From an uncultured virus (IMG/VR IMGVR_UViG_3300044639_000797) (Duplodnaviria > Heunggongvirae > Uroviricota > Caudoviricetes), in IMG/VR virus record IMGVR_UViG_3300044639_000797: 64,000 bases of DNA; one strand, given 5' to 3'. A program made the translations under genes and the position numbers. The notes beneath the pieces are model-generated. The model saw only the letters and a list, made by a program, of their open reading frames with translations, was not told the DNA's origin and made no database searches. How positions within the stretch are numbered: position 1 is the first letter of the stretch; the number at the start of each line of letters is the position of its first letter. Positions 9,313 to 18,607 of this stretch are shown here, piece by piece.

Positions 9313-9594
9313 ATGCAACAGACAGATGTAAATTCTACCCATAGGACATCAAGTGGTGCGGTAACTACTGATAGAGCTAGATTAAAGTCTATTTCTTACC
9401 GTGGAAACGGTACAGCAGGGTATGTTAGGGTTAGAGACGGCAGCGCATCAGGTACGATTCTTGTAGAATTAGATGTAGGTACTAGCGACACATTTACTAT
9501 TTATGTACCGATTCCCGGTGAAGGCATTTTATTCCCTACTAGTATATATGCTCAGTTATCTAATGTAGATGCAATCACTGCTTTCTGGGCTTAA
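9313..9594 (+). CDS. Small structural protein
   Basis: DG...G and IPGEGILF motifs, typical of small beta-sandwich virion proteins. Confidence 0.55.
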   Translation: MQQTDVNSTHRTSSGAVTTDRARLKSISYRGNGTAGYVRVRDGSASGTILVELDVGTSDTFTIYVPIPGEGILFPTSIYAQLSNVDAITAFWA

Positions 9595-9599
9595 AAACC

Positions 9600-10304
9600 A
9601 TGAGCACTTCAGGTCTTACTACATTTAATCCAGACATAGCTGAGATAATAGAAGAAGCATACGAACGTGTTGGGGTAGAAATCCGTACAGGCTATCAATT
9701 TAGAACAGCTAGAAGGTCTTTAAATTACTTGTTGGCTTCTTGGGCTAATAAAGGCTTGAACCTATGGACTATTGAACAAGGCGATATCCCTTTGTTAGTA
9801 GGGGTTGGTACGTATGATTTGCCTGATGATACTGTTGATTTAATAGAGACTGTGATACGTCAAAACCCCGGTAGTACTTCTAATCAAGTAGACCTACAGA
9901 TAGCGCGTATAAGTGTTTCTACATACGCAACAATACCAAATAAGCTAACTCAGGGCAGACCTATACAGGTATTTGTTGATAGGCAGACTCCTACACCTAC
10001 AGCTAAGATATGGCCTTTACCTAGTCAAACTGGGTACACTTTAGTTTATTGGCGTTTACGTAGAATGCAAGATGCAGGGCAAGCCGGAGTAAATACGCTT
10101 GATATCCCTTTTAGATTCTTAGAAGCTATGACTGCTGGATTAGCCTACAACTTGGCTCTTAAAACACCAGAAGCAGAAAATAAAATCCCTATGCTTAAAC
10201 AACTCTATGATGAGGCTTTTGAACTGGCGGCTGATGAAGATCGTCAACGAGTGTCTTTTAGATTTGTACCTAATATAGGCAGTGTAGGCGGCGGAGGCTG
10301 GTAA
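9600..10304 (+). CDS. Putative head-tail adaptor/connector protein
   Basis: ARRSLN.L...WAN.G.NLW, G.P, IWP.P and P.RF.EA..AGLAY.LA motifs. Position in the structural operon. Confidence 0.6.
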   Translation: MSTSGLTTFNPDIAEIIEEAYERVGVEIRTGYQFRTARRSLNYLLASWANKGLNLWTIEQGDIPLLVGVGTYDLPDDTVDLIETVIRQNPGSTSNQVDLQIARISVSTYATIPNKLTQGRPIQVFVDRQTPTPTAKIWPLPSQTGYTLVYWRLRRMQDAGQAGVNTLDIPFRFLEAMTAGLAYNLALKTPEAENKIPMLKQLYDEAFELAADEDRQRVSFRFVPNIGSVGGGGW

Positions 10305-10640
10305 ATGGGTACTCCGTTTGCTGGTGAGAAAAGAGCGTTTGGCTTCTGTGATCGTTGCGGGTTTAGATACGCATTAAAGAAACTGCACACCTATGTTATT
10401 ATAGGTAAACGGATAAATATGCGGGTATGTCCAGAGTGTATGGACAAAGTTGGTGGAGACCACCCACAAAACTGGGTTGGTATAATAGGTGCCCAAAAGG
10501 TAGCAAATGATCCACAGGCTCTACAAAACCCTAGACCGGATGTAAACTTAAACGCTTCTAGAGGTTTATTTGCTTTTAACCCTGTGGCGACACAGACTAT
10601 TACTACCACATTGAATGATGTGTTTATTACGATTACTTGA
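10305..10640 (+). CDS. Zn-finger protein
   Basis: CDRC...CPEC and DPQAL.NPRPD. Confidence 0.7.
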   Translation: MGTPFAGEKRAFGFCDRCGFRYALKKLHTYVIIGKRINMRVCPECMDKVGGDHPQNWVGIIGAQKVANDPQALQNPRPDVNLNASRGLFAFNPVATQTITTTLNDVFITIT

Positions 10641-10648
10641 GGTATACT

Positions 10649-10879
10649 ATGGCTAGTTTTGAAGGTTCAGCTAAAGACGTTAAAGAAGACAAAGTCCTTG
10701 CAAAGAAAAACAAGATGTCTATGTCTGACTGGGAGAAAAGCCCAAAAGACGCTAAGCATGACAAACAAAAATCTATGAAGGGTCTTAAAAAAGGTGGCAT
10801 TACATCTATGGATGCTAAGAAGATGGGTCGTAATGTAGCTCGTGCTATGAATCAAAAAAGTTCAGGTAGAGGTCGATAA
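10649..10879 (+). CDS. Small basic protein
   Basis: ATG after SD GAGGT. Lys-rich, contains LKKGG. Confidence 0.7.
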   Translation: MASFEGSAKDVKEDKVLAKKNKMSMSDWEKSPKDAKHDKQKSMKGLKKGGITSMDAKKMGRNVARAMNQKSSGRGR

Positions 10880-11046
10880 TGGCTAAGCAACATATTGAAG
10901 GATCTGCTGAGTATAAAGGCGTTAAATCTGTACCCACTCCTGTAGGTAACGGATACCCTGTGCAAATCGAAAACAAAAAGACAGTGAAAGTACGTGGTAC
11001 TGGTGCGGCTACTAAAGGCACTATGGCTTCTAGTAAAATGGGCTAA
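10879..11046 (+). CDS. 55-aa basic protein (not in ORF track)
   Basis: MAKQHIEG...VRGTGAATKGTMASSKMG. TAATG coupling. Shares the RG.G.ATKG motif with the 7656 and 8363 ORFs. Confidence 0.7.
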   Translation: MAKQHIEGSAEYKGVKSVPTPVGNGYPVQIENKKTVKVRGTGAATKGTMASSKMG

Positions 11047-11049
11047 GCT

Positions 11050-11730
11050 ATGACGTATGATGAGTTGACAACTGCTATACAACAATACCTTATGGTGGAG
11101 TATGTCGGTGACGGGGCAGAGCCTACATTTGTAGCAAATATTGACAACTTCATTCAACACACTGAGGTACTAATAAATAACTCGGTGCAACTACCCGCGT
11201 TTCGTAAAAATGTAACAGGTACTTTTACTTCTGGATTCCAGTATATAGAGCTACCTACAGACTTTTTATCTATATTCTCTTTAGCTGTTGTACCTAATAC
11301 TATAGTTAACGTAACCCCAACAGCAACCTACCAGTATTTATTAAACAAAGACGTAAACTATATTAGAGAAGCATACCCTTATCCTGTAGCTACAGGAATA
11401 CCTAAATATTATAGTTTATTTGATAATACTGCTCTTATAGTAGGGCCTACTCCAGACTCTAACTATACAGTTGAGCTGCATTACTACGCCTACCCGCAAT
11501 CTATTACAGAGGCTCCATCGGGTACAACTTGGCTGAGTCTTGAATTTCCTAATGCATTGCTTTGGGGGTCTTTAGTAGAAGCCTATATATTCTTAAAAGG
11601 CGAGCAAGAATTAATCCAAACATACCAAACTAAATTTGACCAAGTTATGGCTGAGCTTAAACAGTTGGGTGATGGTAAAAACCGTCAAGATTCTTATAGA
11701 ACTACACAAGTACGAGATAAGGTAAATTAA
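11050..11730 (+). CDS. Putative adaptor/tail-tube-type protein
   Basis: MTY.EL, LP.DF, G.PKYY, GPTPD..Y.VELHY and P.ALL.GSLVEA motifs. Confidence 0.6.
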   Translation: MTYDELTTAIQQYLMVEYVGDGAEPTFVANIDNFIQHTEVLINNSVQLPAFRKNVTGTFTSGFQYIELPTDFLSIFSLAVVPNTIVNVTPTATYQYLLNKDVNYIREAYPYPVATGIPKYYSLFDNTALIVGPTPDSNYTVELHYYAYPQSITEAPSGTTWLSLEFPNALLWGSLVEAYIFLKGEQELIQTYQTKFDQVMAELKQLGDGKNRQDSYRTTQVRDKVN

Positions 11731-11731
11731 T

Positions 11732-11836
11732 ATGAGTGAAGAAAACAAAACCCCTATTGCCGCTGTACTTAATAGCGTAAGCATACTAACAGAAAATAAT
11801 GAGCCTGAAGAGGCTGTAGAAACCGAGGAAGACTAA
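11732..11836 (+). CDS. 34-aa acidic peptide (not in ORF track)
   Basis: Fills the gap exactly, with TAATG coupling to the next gene. Confidence 0.5.
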   Translation: MSEENKTPIAAVLNSVSILTENNEPEEAVETEED

Positions 11837-12267
11837 TGGCTATAACCCAAGCAATCGCATCGACTTTTAAATCAGAGCTTTTAGGTGGATTGCAGGACTT
11901 TACTGCGTCTACTGGCAATACTTTTAAAATAGCTTTATATACATCATCTGCTACTTTAAACTCAAGTACAACTGCCTACACTACGTCTGGAGAATGTCCA
12001 AGTACAGGTAACTATACTGCTGGAGGAAATACTTTAACAAGCCAGAGCATAACTTTGTCAGGTACTACAGCTTATATTGATTTTGCTGATTCTACTTGGG
12101 CGAGCTCTACTATCTCTGCAGCTGGAGCGTTGATATATAACTCAACTAACTCAAATAAAGCAGTATGTATTTTAGACTTTGGTGGTACTTTTACCTCAAC
12201 TAACGGCGCATTTACGGTGGTATTCCCTGCGCCTACTACTACTACCGCTGTATTAATACTAAACTGA
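11836..12267 (+). CDS. Virion structural protein
   Basis: FKIALYT, Y.AGG.TL, DFAD..W, GALIYN and LDFGG motifs. Confidence 0.65.
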   Translation: MAITQAIASTFKSELLGGLQDFTASTGNTFKIALYTSSATLNSSTTAYTTSGECPSTGNYTAGGNTLTSQSITLSGTTAYIDFADSTWASSTISAAGALIYNSTNSNKAVCILDFGGTFTSTNGAFTVVFPAPTTTTAVLILN

Positions 12268-12274
12268 TAGAGAC

Positions 12275-13114
12275 ATGGCTGATGTTTCTGTAGGCATAAG
12301 AGGTTGGTCTGGAGGTGCATGGGGAGTTGAGGCGTGGAATACGCCTACCCCGACTACTTTTTTCTCTCCTCTAACGCTTACAGAAACATCAATAACTACA
12401 ACTGCAGGTGCAACACCCTCGGTTACAGGACAAAACCTTACTCTTACAGAAAACTCGGCAGCTCTAAGTACGGGTCAAAGCTTATCTGTTACAGGACAAA
12501 ATTTAACACTTACTGAGAGATCCGTATCCCTTTCTTTGGAGGCAACTCTATCTGTCACAGGACAGAATCTAAATTTAACGGAAAACTATGTAAGTATAAT
12601 TTCTGTTAATAGTATTTTTGTTACAGGCCAAAGCTTAACGCTTACAGAAAACTCTATATCCTTAAACGTAGGGCAAAGCTTATCTGTTACAGGACAAAAT
12701 CTAACCCTTACTGAGTCGCCAATAGATTTAGCATTAGACGCGGCAATGCTTGTTACAGGCCAAGGGCTTGTTCTTACAGAGTCCTTAGTAGACGTAATAT
12801 CAGTTAATAGTGTTTTTGTTACAGGGCAAAGCTTAACGCTTTTAGAAAATAGTGTAGATCCACAACTATCTGTAGCACCTAATACAATAGGGCAAAACCT
12901 AAACCTAACTCTAAATACTCCAAAATTCTGGTTCCCCGTTAACCCAGACCAAACACCTAATTGGCAGCAGATTAATAGCACAACTCCTGTAACATGGAGT
13001 TTAGTAAACACAACGCAGAGCCCAAGCTGGGTAAATATAGGCACAAACCAAACCCCCGCTTGGTCTCAAGTAAACACCGTACAAAATCCAGATTGGATTG
13101 ACATACCCCATTAA
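12275..13114 (+). CDS. Repeat-containing fibre-like structural protein
   Basis: About nine ~19-aa VTGQ.L.LTE.S repeats, C-terminal QTP.W repeats, N-terminal W.G..W motif. Confidence 0.7.
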   Translation: MADVSVGIRGWSGGAWGVEAWNTPTPTTFFSPLTLTETSITTTAGATPSVTGQNLTLTENSAALSTGQSLSVTGQNLTLTERSVSLSLEATLSVTGQNLNLTENYVSIISVNSIFVTGQSLTLTENSISLNVGQSLSVTGQNLTLTESPIDLALDAAMLVTGQGLVLTESLVDVISVNSVFVTGQSLTLLENSVDPQLSVAPNTIGQNLNLTLNTPKFWFPVNPDQTPNWQQINSTTPVTWSLVNTTQSPSWVNIGTNQTPAWSQVNTVQNPDWIDIPH

Positions 13115-13155
13115 AAATGGTATACATAGCACACAATTTTTGAGGATAAAACCCA

Positions 13156-15045
13156 ATGGCATCAACCTATTCACCTAATTTACGTATCGAGCTTATTGGT
13201 AATGGCGAGCAGTCCAATACATGGGGTACTACAACCAATACTAACCTAGGCACTTTAATTGAACAAGCCATATCTGGTTTAGTATCTGTTGATGTAACTG
13301 CGGGCAATGTTACTCTTACATCTTTAAATGGCGCTTCAGATCAGTCCCGTCAGATGATTATTGTAGCGACAGGAACTCCGGGTGTAACACGCACTATTAC
13401 GGCACCTGCGGTTAATAAAGTTTATATTGTTTACAACAACTCAAATGCGGCTCTTAGCTTTATAGCTTCCGGTGGTACTGGAGTGTCTTTAAGTGTGGGT
13501 GCTAAAAAATTAATATATTGTGACGGTACAAACTTTGTTGAGGCTATTAACTCTGTAGCTATTACTAGTGGCTCTATTAACGGAACTACAATAGGTGCAA
13601 CAGCTGCTAGTACTGGAGCGTTTACAACTCTTAGTGCGTCCTCTACGGTATCTGGCACTGGCTTTTCTACGTATTTAGCTTCACCACCAGCCATAGGCGG
13701 TACTACAGCAGCTGCAGGTAAATTTACTACCTTAGAATACACAGGCACACTCACAGGCTCTACAGGCATACTGAACATAGGCTCAGGTCAAGTTTATAAA
13801 GATGCTTCAGGTAACGTAGGTATTGGGACGAGTGCGCCATCATCAGTGCTAAATGTTAAATCTAGTGTGCCAATTTTTAGATTGGAGACAACAGGAACAG
13901 TCACTACAGGAGGGACTGCTTACAACTCAATAAGAGATTCCACGGGCAGTGACGTTTTTATAAATGGTTTTGCAGGATTAGCAAACTGCTATCAATTTGG
14001 GACAGTTTTTGCTAATGGTTTTATGCGGTTTCTGACTGGTAATCAGGTAGAAGCCCTGAGAATCGACTCCTCCGGCAACGTGGGTATTGGGACTTCATCC
14101 CCTACAGCTCTGCGAACAAGAAACTTAGAAGTATCTTCTAGTGGAACAAATGACAGCGCTGCAGTTATTGTTGGAAAACGAGGCACAGGAATAGCAACAG
14201 TTAGGTTGACAGGTTTAGATACCACTGTGGGAACGGATATTAATTTTAATTTTCCTAATACTGGTGATCTTTCATTTTTTGATAGAGCTTCTAGTTTAAC
14301 TAGGGTGTTAATCGACTCCTCAGGCAACGTGGGGATTGGTACTACAGCACCTAATAACAAACTAACTGTTGGCACTTCAAATACAACGGTCGGTGCTAAT
14401 TGTGTAGCTTCATTCTCAGGTGCAAATGTTATAGCTTCAAACACTTCAGGAATGGTTGTTATCACACCTACAGACTCTATAGCTGCTAATATTGGAGGTT
14501 CTATCGGTTTTGCGGCAAATGGAACGGTTGCTGGATACCCAACAGGTTCTATAGCTGGTAGACGGGAGAACGCAACAGCAGGTGATTACTCAAGCTATAT
14601 GCAATTTACAACTTCTAGTTCTGGTGGTTCAGTTCAAGAAAAAATGCGCATAGCCTCATCAGGCATTGTTACTATGGCGGCTTATGGTGCAGGGGCAGCT
14701 ACATTTTCAGCAGCGGGGGTTATTAGTTCTGTTTCCGATGAAACTTGGAAAACTAAAGATGGTGCGCCTAATAATCCTGATGAAATGTTACAAAAACTAA
14801 AACCGGGATATTGGTACTACAACGATGAAAAAGCACCCATATTTGGTACTGATAGGCAACTAGGTTTTTATGCTCAAAATGTAAACGCTGCCATTGGCCC
14901 AGAAGCGGCACCCGTACCTGAAGAAGGAAAACCTTGGGGCTACTATGATCGTTCTGTGTTGGCAGTAACTGTTCTGTCTTTGCAAAAAGCATTGACAACA
15001 ATAGAATCATTAACCGAAAGACTAACCGCATTAGAGAATAAATAA
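13156..15045 (+). CDS. Tail fibre with C-terminal intramolecular chaperone (peptidase S74-like)
   Basis: GE...TWG N-terminus, three SGNVGIGT repeats, SDE..K...L.P...GF.AQ.V and a terminal coiled coil. Confidence 0.85.
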   Translation: MASTYSPNLRIELIGNGEQSNTWGTTTNTNLGTLIEQAISGLVSVDVTAGNVTLTSLNGASDQSRQMIIVATGTPGVTRTITAPAVNKVYIVYNNSNAALSFIASGGTGVSLSVGAKKLIYCDGTNFVEAINSVAITSGSINGTTIGATAASTGAFTTLSASSTVSGTGFSTYLASPPAIGGTTAAAGKFTTLEYTGTLTGSTGILNIGSGQVYKDASGNVGIGTSAPSSVLNVKSSVPIFRLETTGTVTTGGTAYNSIRDSTGSDVFINGFAGLANCYQFGTVFANGFMRFLTGNQVEALRIDSSGNVGIGTSSPTALRTRNLEVSSSGTNDSAAVIVGKRGTGIATVRLTGLDTTVGTDINFNFPNTGDLSFFDRASSLTRVLIDSSGNVGIGTTAPNNKLTVGTSNTTVGANCVASFSGANVIASNTSGMVVITPTDSIAANIGGSIGFAANGTVAGYPTGSIAGRRENATAGDYSSYMQFTTSSSGGSVQEKMRIASSGIVTMAAYGAGAATFSAAGVISSVSDETWKTKDGAPNNPDEMLQKLKPGYWYYNDEKAPIFGTDRQLGFYAQNVNAAIGPEAAPVPEEGKPWGYYDRSVLAVTVLSLQKALTTIESLTERLTALENK

Positions 15046-15046
15046 T

Positions 15047-15379
15047 ATGTCAATAACAAACACTTGGAATATCGTAGCGATGAACTGCAAACCTGATGTC
15101 AACGGTATGCTTGATTATGTTGTGACGGCTCATTGGACTCTTACTGCAACTGATGGTACTTACACAGGTTCAGTTTATGGCACAGCATCTTTTGAAGTTG
15201 ATCCTGCTAAATCTAATTATGTGCCTTATGCTGACTTAACTTTAGATAAAGTAGTTGCTTGGGCTAAAGCAGCATTAGACGCAGAGCAAGTTGCCTCTTA
15301 TGAAAAGTCTGTTGCTGACCAGATCGAAGCACAAATTAACCCGACTATAGTAACTCCACCTCTACCTTGGATTGTATAA
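15047..15379 (+). CDS. Tail-fibre-associated protein
   Basis: PYADLT...V..W and PLPW C-terminus. Directly after the fibre gene. Confidence 0.6.
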   Translation: MSITNTWNIVAMNCKPDVNGMLDYVVTAHWTLTATDGTYTGSVYGTASFEVDPAKSNYVPYADLTLDKVVAWAKAALDAEQVASYEKSVADQIEAQINPTIVTPPLPWIV

Positions 15380-15381
15380 AA

Positions 15382-15540
15382 ATGATTGATTTAAACTTAA
15401 GCGTACAAGAAATTAACCTTATCCTACAAGCATTAGGTCAAGCACCTTATGCGCAAGTAGCAGAGTTAGTTGAGAAGATCAAAGCACAAGCCGTGCCTCA
15501 AGTTGAAGCATTACCTAAAGAAGAAGCAGAGGAGGTCTAA
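15382..15540 (+). CDS. 52-aa protein (not in ORF track)
   Basis: MIDLNLSVQEINLILQALGQAPYAQVAELVEKIKAQA..., coupled to the next gene. Confidence 0.7.
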   Translation: MIDLNLSVQEINLILQALGQAPYAQVAELVEKIKAQAVPQVEALPKEEAEEV

Positions 15541-15704
15541 TGAAAGCTTGGCTACTTGCGTGGTTAAAAGAAAAAACTACTTGGGCGGGAATGTTAGCTT
15601 TAGCTAGTATTTTTGGAGTGCCTGATTTAGCTGAGCCCCAACAAACTGCATTAGTTGCTTTAGCGGCGAGCCTTTTTGCTATGCCTGATAGAAACGGTAA
15701 ATAG
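15540..15704 (+). CDS. Putative holin, 54 aa (not in ORF track)
   Basis: MKAWLLAWLKEKTTWAGMLALASIFG...ALVALAASLFAMPDRNGK has two hydrophobic segments. SD GGAGG. Its stop overlaps the lysozyme start. Confidence 0.7.
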   Translation: MKAWLLAWLKEKTTWAGMLALASIFGVPDLAEPQQTALVALAASLFAMPDRNGK

Positions 15705-16156
15705 TGAAGACAAGCCACAACGGAAGAAAGTTAATACAAGAGTTTGAGGGGTTTAGAAGTACCCCCTATTTGTGCAGTGCTGGGGTGCCTACTATCGGTT
15801 TTGGCTCGACTATGTATCTAGAAGGAACACGAGTTAGGTTAGCTGACCCTGAGATCACTAGGGCGGAAGCAGAGAATTTATTTGTTAACACCCTTACTAA
15901 ATACGAAGATACGGTAAATAAAACTACTAAAGGGTTGAACCAAAACCAGTTCGATGCTTGTGTGTCCTTGTGTTACAATATAGGGCGAGAGGCTTTTACA
16001 TCTTCAACTTTAGTAAAAATGATAAATGCAGGGACTGCACAGGATTTAATAGCTCCACAGTTTCTTCGTTGGAACAAAGTGAAAGGTAAACCCGATAAAG
16101 GGCTCACACGTAGAAGAGAAGCTGAGAAAACCCTTTTTTTAAGTAACACCGCATAG
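15704..16156 (+). CDS. Endolysin, GH24 lysozyme
   Basis: FEG.....Y.CSAGVPTIGFG, QNQFDA.VS..YNIG and GL.RRR.AE. Confidence 0.95.
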   Translation: MKTSHNGRKLIQEFEGFRSTPYLCSAGVPTIGFGSTMYLEGTRVRLADPEITRAEAENLFVNTLTKYEDTVNKTTKGLNQNQFDACVSLCYNIGREAFTSSTLVKMINAGTAQDLIAPQFLRWNKVKGKPDKGLTRRREAEKTLFLSNTA

Positions 16157-16178
16157 ACACTATTTAGAGGATTGGTGG

Positions 16179-18272
16179 ATGGCTTTACAATACCTTCAGT
16201 TTAGACCCGGAGTCTCTAGAGAGTCTACCAACCTTGCTAATAGTGGAGGGTTTTATGCGTGTCAATGGGCGAGGTTTAGAAGCGGGTCTCCTGAAAAAAT
16301 AAATGGGTGGACGTTACCTAGCACATATACTTATATAGGCGAGTGCAGAGATCTTATAGAATGGGTGTCACTCAATTCTAACTACATCGTAGGGGTAGGA
16401 ACCAATTTAAAATTCTACCTTTATATAGGAGGGTTATACTCTGATATTACTCCTATTCGCCTATCAAGTAACCTCGCGGCTAGTCCTTTTTACCCTATAT
16501 ATTCTACCCTTTCAGCGGGTATTTCAGCTACTGCTACGTCAATATCTGTTACAAGCGGCACCTCTTTTACTCGTGTGTACCCTTATATAATTCGCATAGG
16601 GTCTGAAGATATTTACGTTACATCTGCAGCGGGTACTACATTATCAGGGTGTATACGAGGGTATAACGGAACAACAGCGACAACTCATAGTACTAGCGAT
16701 GTAGTAACCAGCCCTTATTTAGTTGTAGCAAGTCCTACTAATGGCGCTAACGTAGGAGATTACGTTACTTTTTCAGGGGCTACAGCTTTCGGTCCTTATA
16801 GCACTGCAGTGCTCAATGCGGAATATACAGTCTACTCTACCGCTACAAACTATATAAGCATATATACGGGCATACAATCTACATCAGTTACTAATGGTGG
16901 TGGAAGTGCTCCTGTTGTAGCTAAATACCAAATTCACGTAGGGCAGGCTATAGACACATTTGGTAATGGTTGGGGTATAGGTCCTTGGGGGTCTGGTCTT
17001 GGTTGGGGTACACCGTACCCAGTGTCAGTAAATACGCAAGAAATGCGTATATGGAGCTCCGCTAACTTTGGACAAGACCTTGTATATAACATCCGCAATG
17101 AAGGAGTTTATTACTGGACAGCTTCAACAGGTTTAACTCCTAGTGGTCAAGTAACCGCCCGCGGTGTGGATATAACAGCTCTTCCCGGAACTGATGGGCA
17201 AGCCCCTAACGTAGGTTCAAGAGTAATTGTTACTGAAGAACGCCATATAGTTGTACTTGGTGCTAACGACCCCTATGCTGTAGATCCTACAGAGCAAGAC
17301 CCTATGCTGGTTAGATGGTGTAGTCAAGAAGACCCTTTAACATGGACCCCAGCGGTAACAAACACTGCAGGTAGTCAACGCCTTGTATACGGTAGTATGC
17401 TGGTAACAGCGGAAATAACACGCCAAGAAACTTTAATTTGGTCAGATACATCCGTGTACTCTATGCGGTATTTAGGCCCTCCATATACTTTTGGTTTCAA
17501 CACAATATCTAATGAGATAACCATAGCTTCACCCAACTGTGTAGTCACAGCAAACAACATTACATATTGGATGGGTAACTCTAAATTCTATGTTTATTCA
17601 GGTAGGGTGGATACGCTACCATGTGCTTTACGTCAGTATGTATTTGATGATTTTAACTTTATCCAAGCAAACCAAGTATATGCGGGCACTAACGAAAAGT
17701 ATAATGAAGTATGGTGGTTTTACCCTTCTGCTGACTCTGACTATAACAATAAGTATGTTATTTATAACTACTTAGAAAAACTTTGGTACTATGGTGACGT
17801 AGAAAGAACTTCATGGCTTGACTCTCATATACAGGGGACGCCTTGGGCTACATATAATGGTATGTTGGTACAACAAGAGTCAGGCACTGATGATGGCTCT
17901 ACTAATCCTCCAACTGCTATCCCTGCATATATAGAGAGTGCTGACTTTGACATTGGTGAGGGGGATAAGTTCTCTGCTGTTAAACGGGTCATACCTGACG
18001 TTGACTTTATTGGGTCTACTACGACTACACCTTCTGTAACTATGACGGTATCAACACGCAACTTTCCGGGTCAGGGCCTCTTTCTTAACGATACACCTAC
18101 TAATATCTCCGGTTCTAAAGTGACTACTCAAGTTTATGATTACACCAACCAAGTGTTTGTTAGACTGCGAGGAAGGCAAGTTGCTTTTAGAATAGGTAGT
18201 GATGGGGCTGGAATTAAGTGGCAGTTAGGTACTCCGCGTTTGGACATTCAACCTGATGGAGTTAAATCGTAA
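16179..18272 (+). CDS. Tail hub/nozzle-type protein (P22 gp10 / tail tubular B-like)
   Basis: 697 aa, propeller-like W/G-rich repeats (RWCSQE, YWMG, EVWWFYP). Position before the ejection genes. Confidence 0.6.
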   Translation: MALQYLQFRPGVSRESTNLANSGGFYACQWARFRSGSPEKINGWTLPSTYTYIGECRDLIEWVSLNSNYIVGVGTNLKFYLYIGGLYSDITPIRLSSNLAASPFYPIYSTLSAGISATATSISVTSGTSFTRVYPYIIRIGSEDIYVTSAAGTTLSGCIRGYNGTTATTHSTSDVVTSPYLVVASPTNGANVGDYVTFSGATAFGPYSTAVLNAEYTVYSTATNYISIYTGIQSTSVTNGGGSAPVVAKYQIHVGQAIDTFGNGWGIGPWGSGLGWGTPYPVSVNTQEMRIWSSANFGQDLVYNIRNEGVYYWTASTGLTPSGQVTARGVDITALPGTDGQAPNVGSRVIVTEERHIVVLGANDPYAVDPTEQDPMLVRWCSQEDPLTWTPAVTNTAGSQRLVYGSMLVTAEITRQETLIWSDTSVYSMRYLGPPYTFGFNTISNEITIASPNCVVTANNITYWMGNSKFYVYSGRVDTLPCALRQYVFDDFNFIQANQVYAGTNEKYNEVWWFYPSADSDYNNKYVIYNYLEKLWYYGDVERTSWLDSHIQGTPWATYNGMLVQQESGTDDGSTNPPTAIPAYIESADFDIGEGDKFSAVKRVIPDVDFIGSTTTTPSVTMTVSTRNFPGQGLFLNDTPTNISGSKVTTQVYDYTNQVFVRLRGRQVAFRIGSDGAGIKWQLGTPRLDIQPDGVKS

Positions 18273-18598
18273 TGGCTAACAATAATAGAGTACCGTCTCC
18301 GGTACTGTCTTTACCTCCGTTAGAATATGATGTTCAGTATATGGATAATCTAATACGGCTATTAAACTACTTCATAGTACAGCAAGGATATCCGGGAAGT
18401 ATTCGAGGTACTGATCTTACACTTACTTTAACAGGATCAGGCACAGTACAGCCTGTAGCTTCTATAAACTATGTAGTAGACCCAACTAGCTCGCTAGTGA
18501 ATAAAACGATTGTTAACATTGTAAACCTTCCAACTTCTGCTACTGGGTTAAGCTCTGGTGACGTTTGGAATAGTGCTGGCACCCTTAAAATTGTATAG
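18272..18598 (+). CDS. Small tail protein
   Basis: Coupled ORF ending LPTSATGL..G.VW...GTLKIV. Confidence 0.6.
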   Translation: MANNNRVPSPVLSLPPLEYDVQYMDNLIRLLNYFIVQQGYPGSIRGTDLTLTLTGSGTVQPVASINYVVDPTSSLVNKTIVNIVNLPTSATGLSSGDVWNSAGTLKIV

Positions 18599-18607
18599 AG
18601 ATTACAC

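Noticed and set aside
13098..13126. TTGACA-17-TATACA promoter before the tail fibre gene
   Set aside because: It lacks the conserved final T of the -10 box. Possible but unsupported.
13156..15045. Diversity-generating retroelement or invertible tail-fibre cassette
   Set aside because: No reverse transcriptase, invertase or template repeat was seen. The internal repeats are ordinary SGNVGIGT units.
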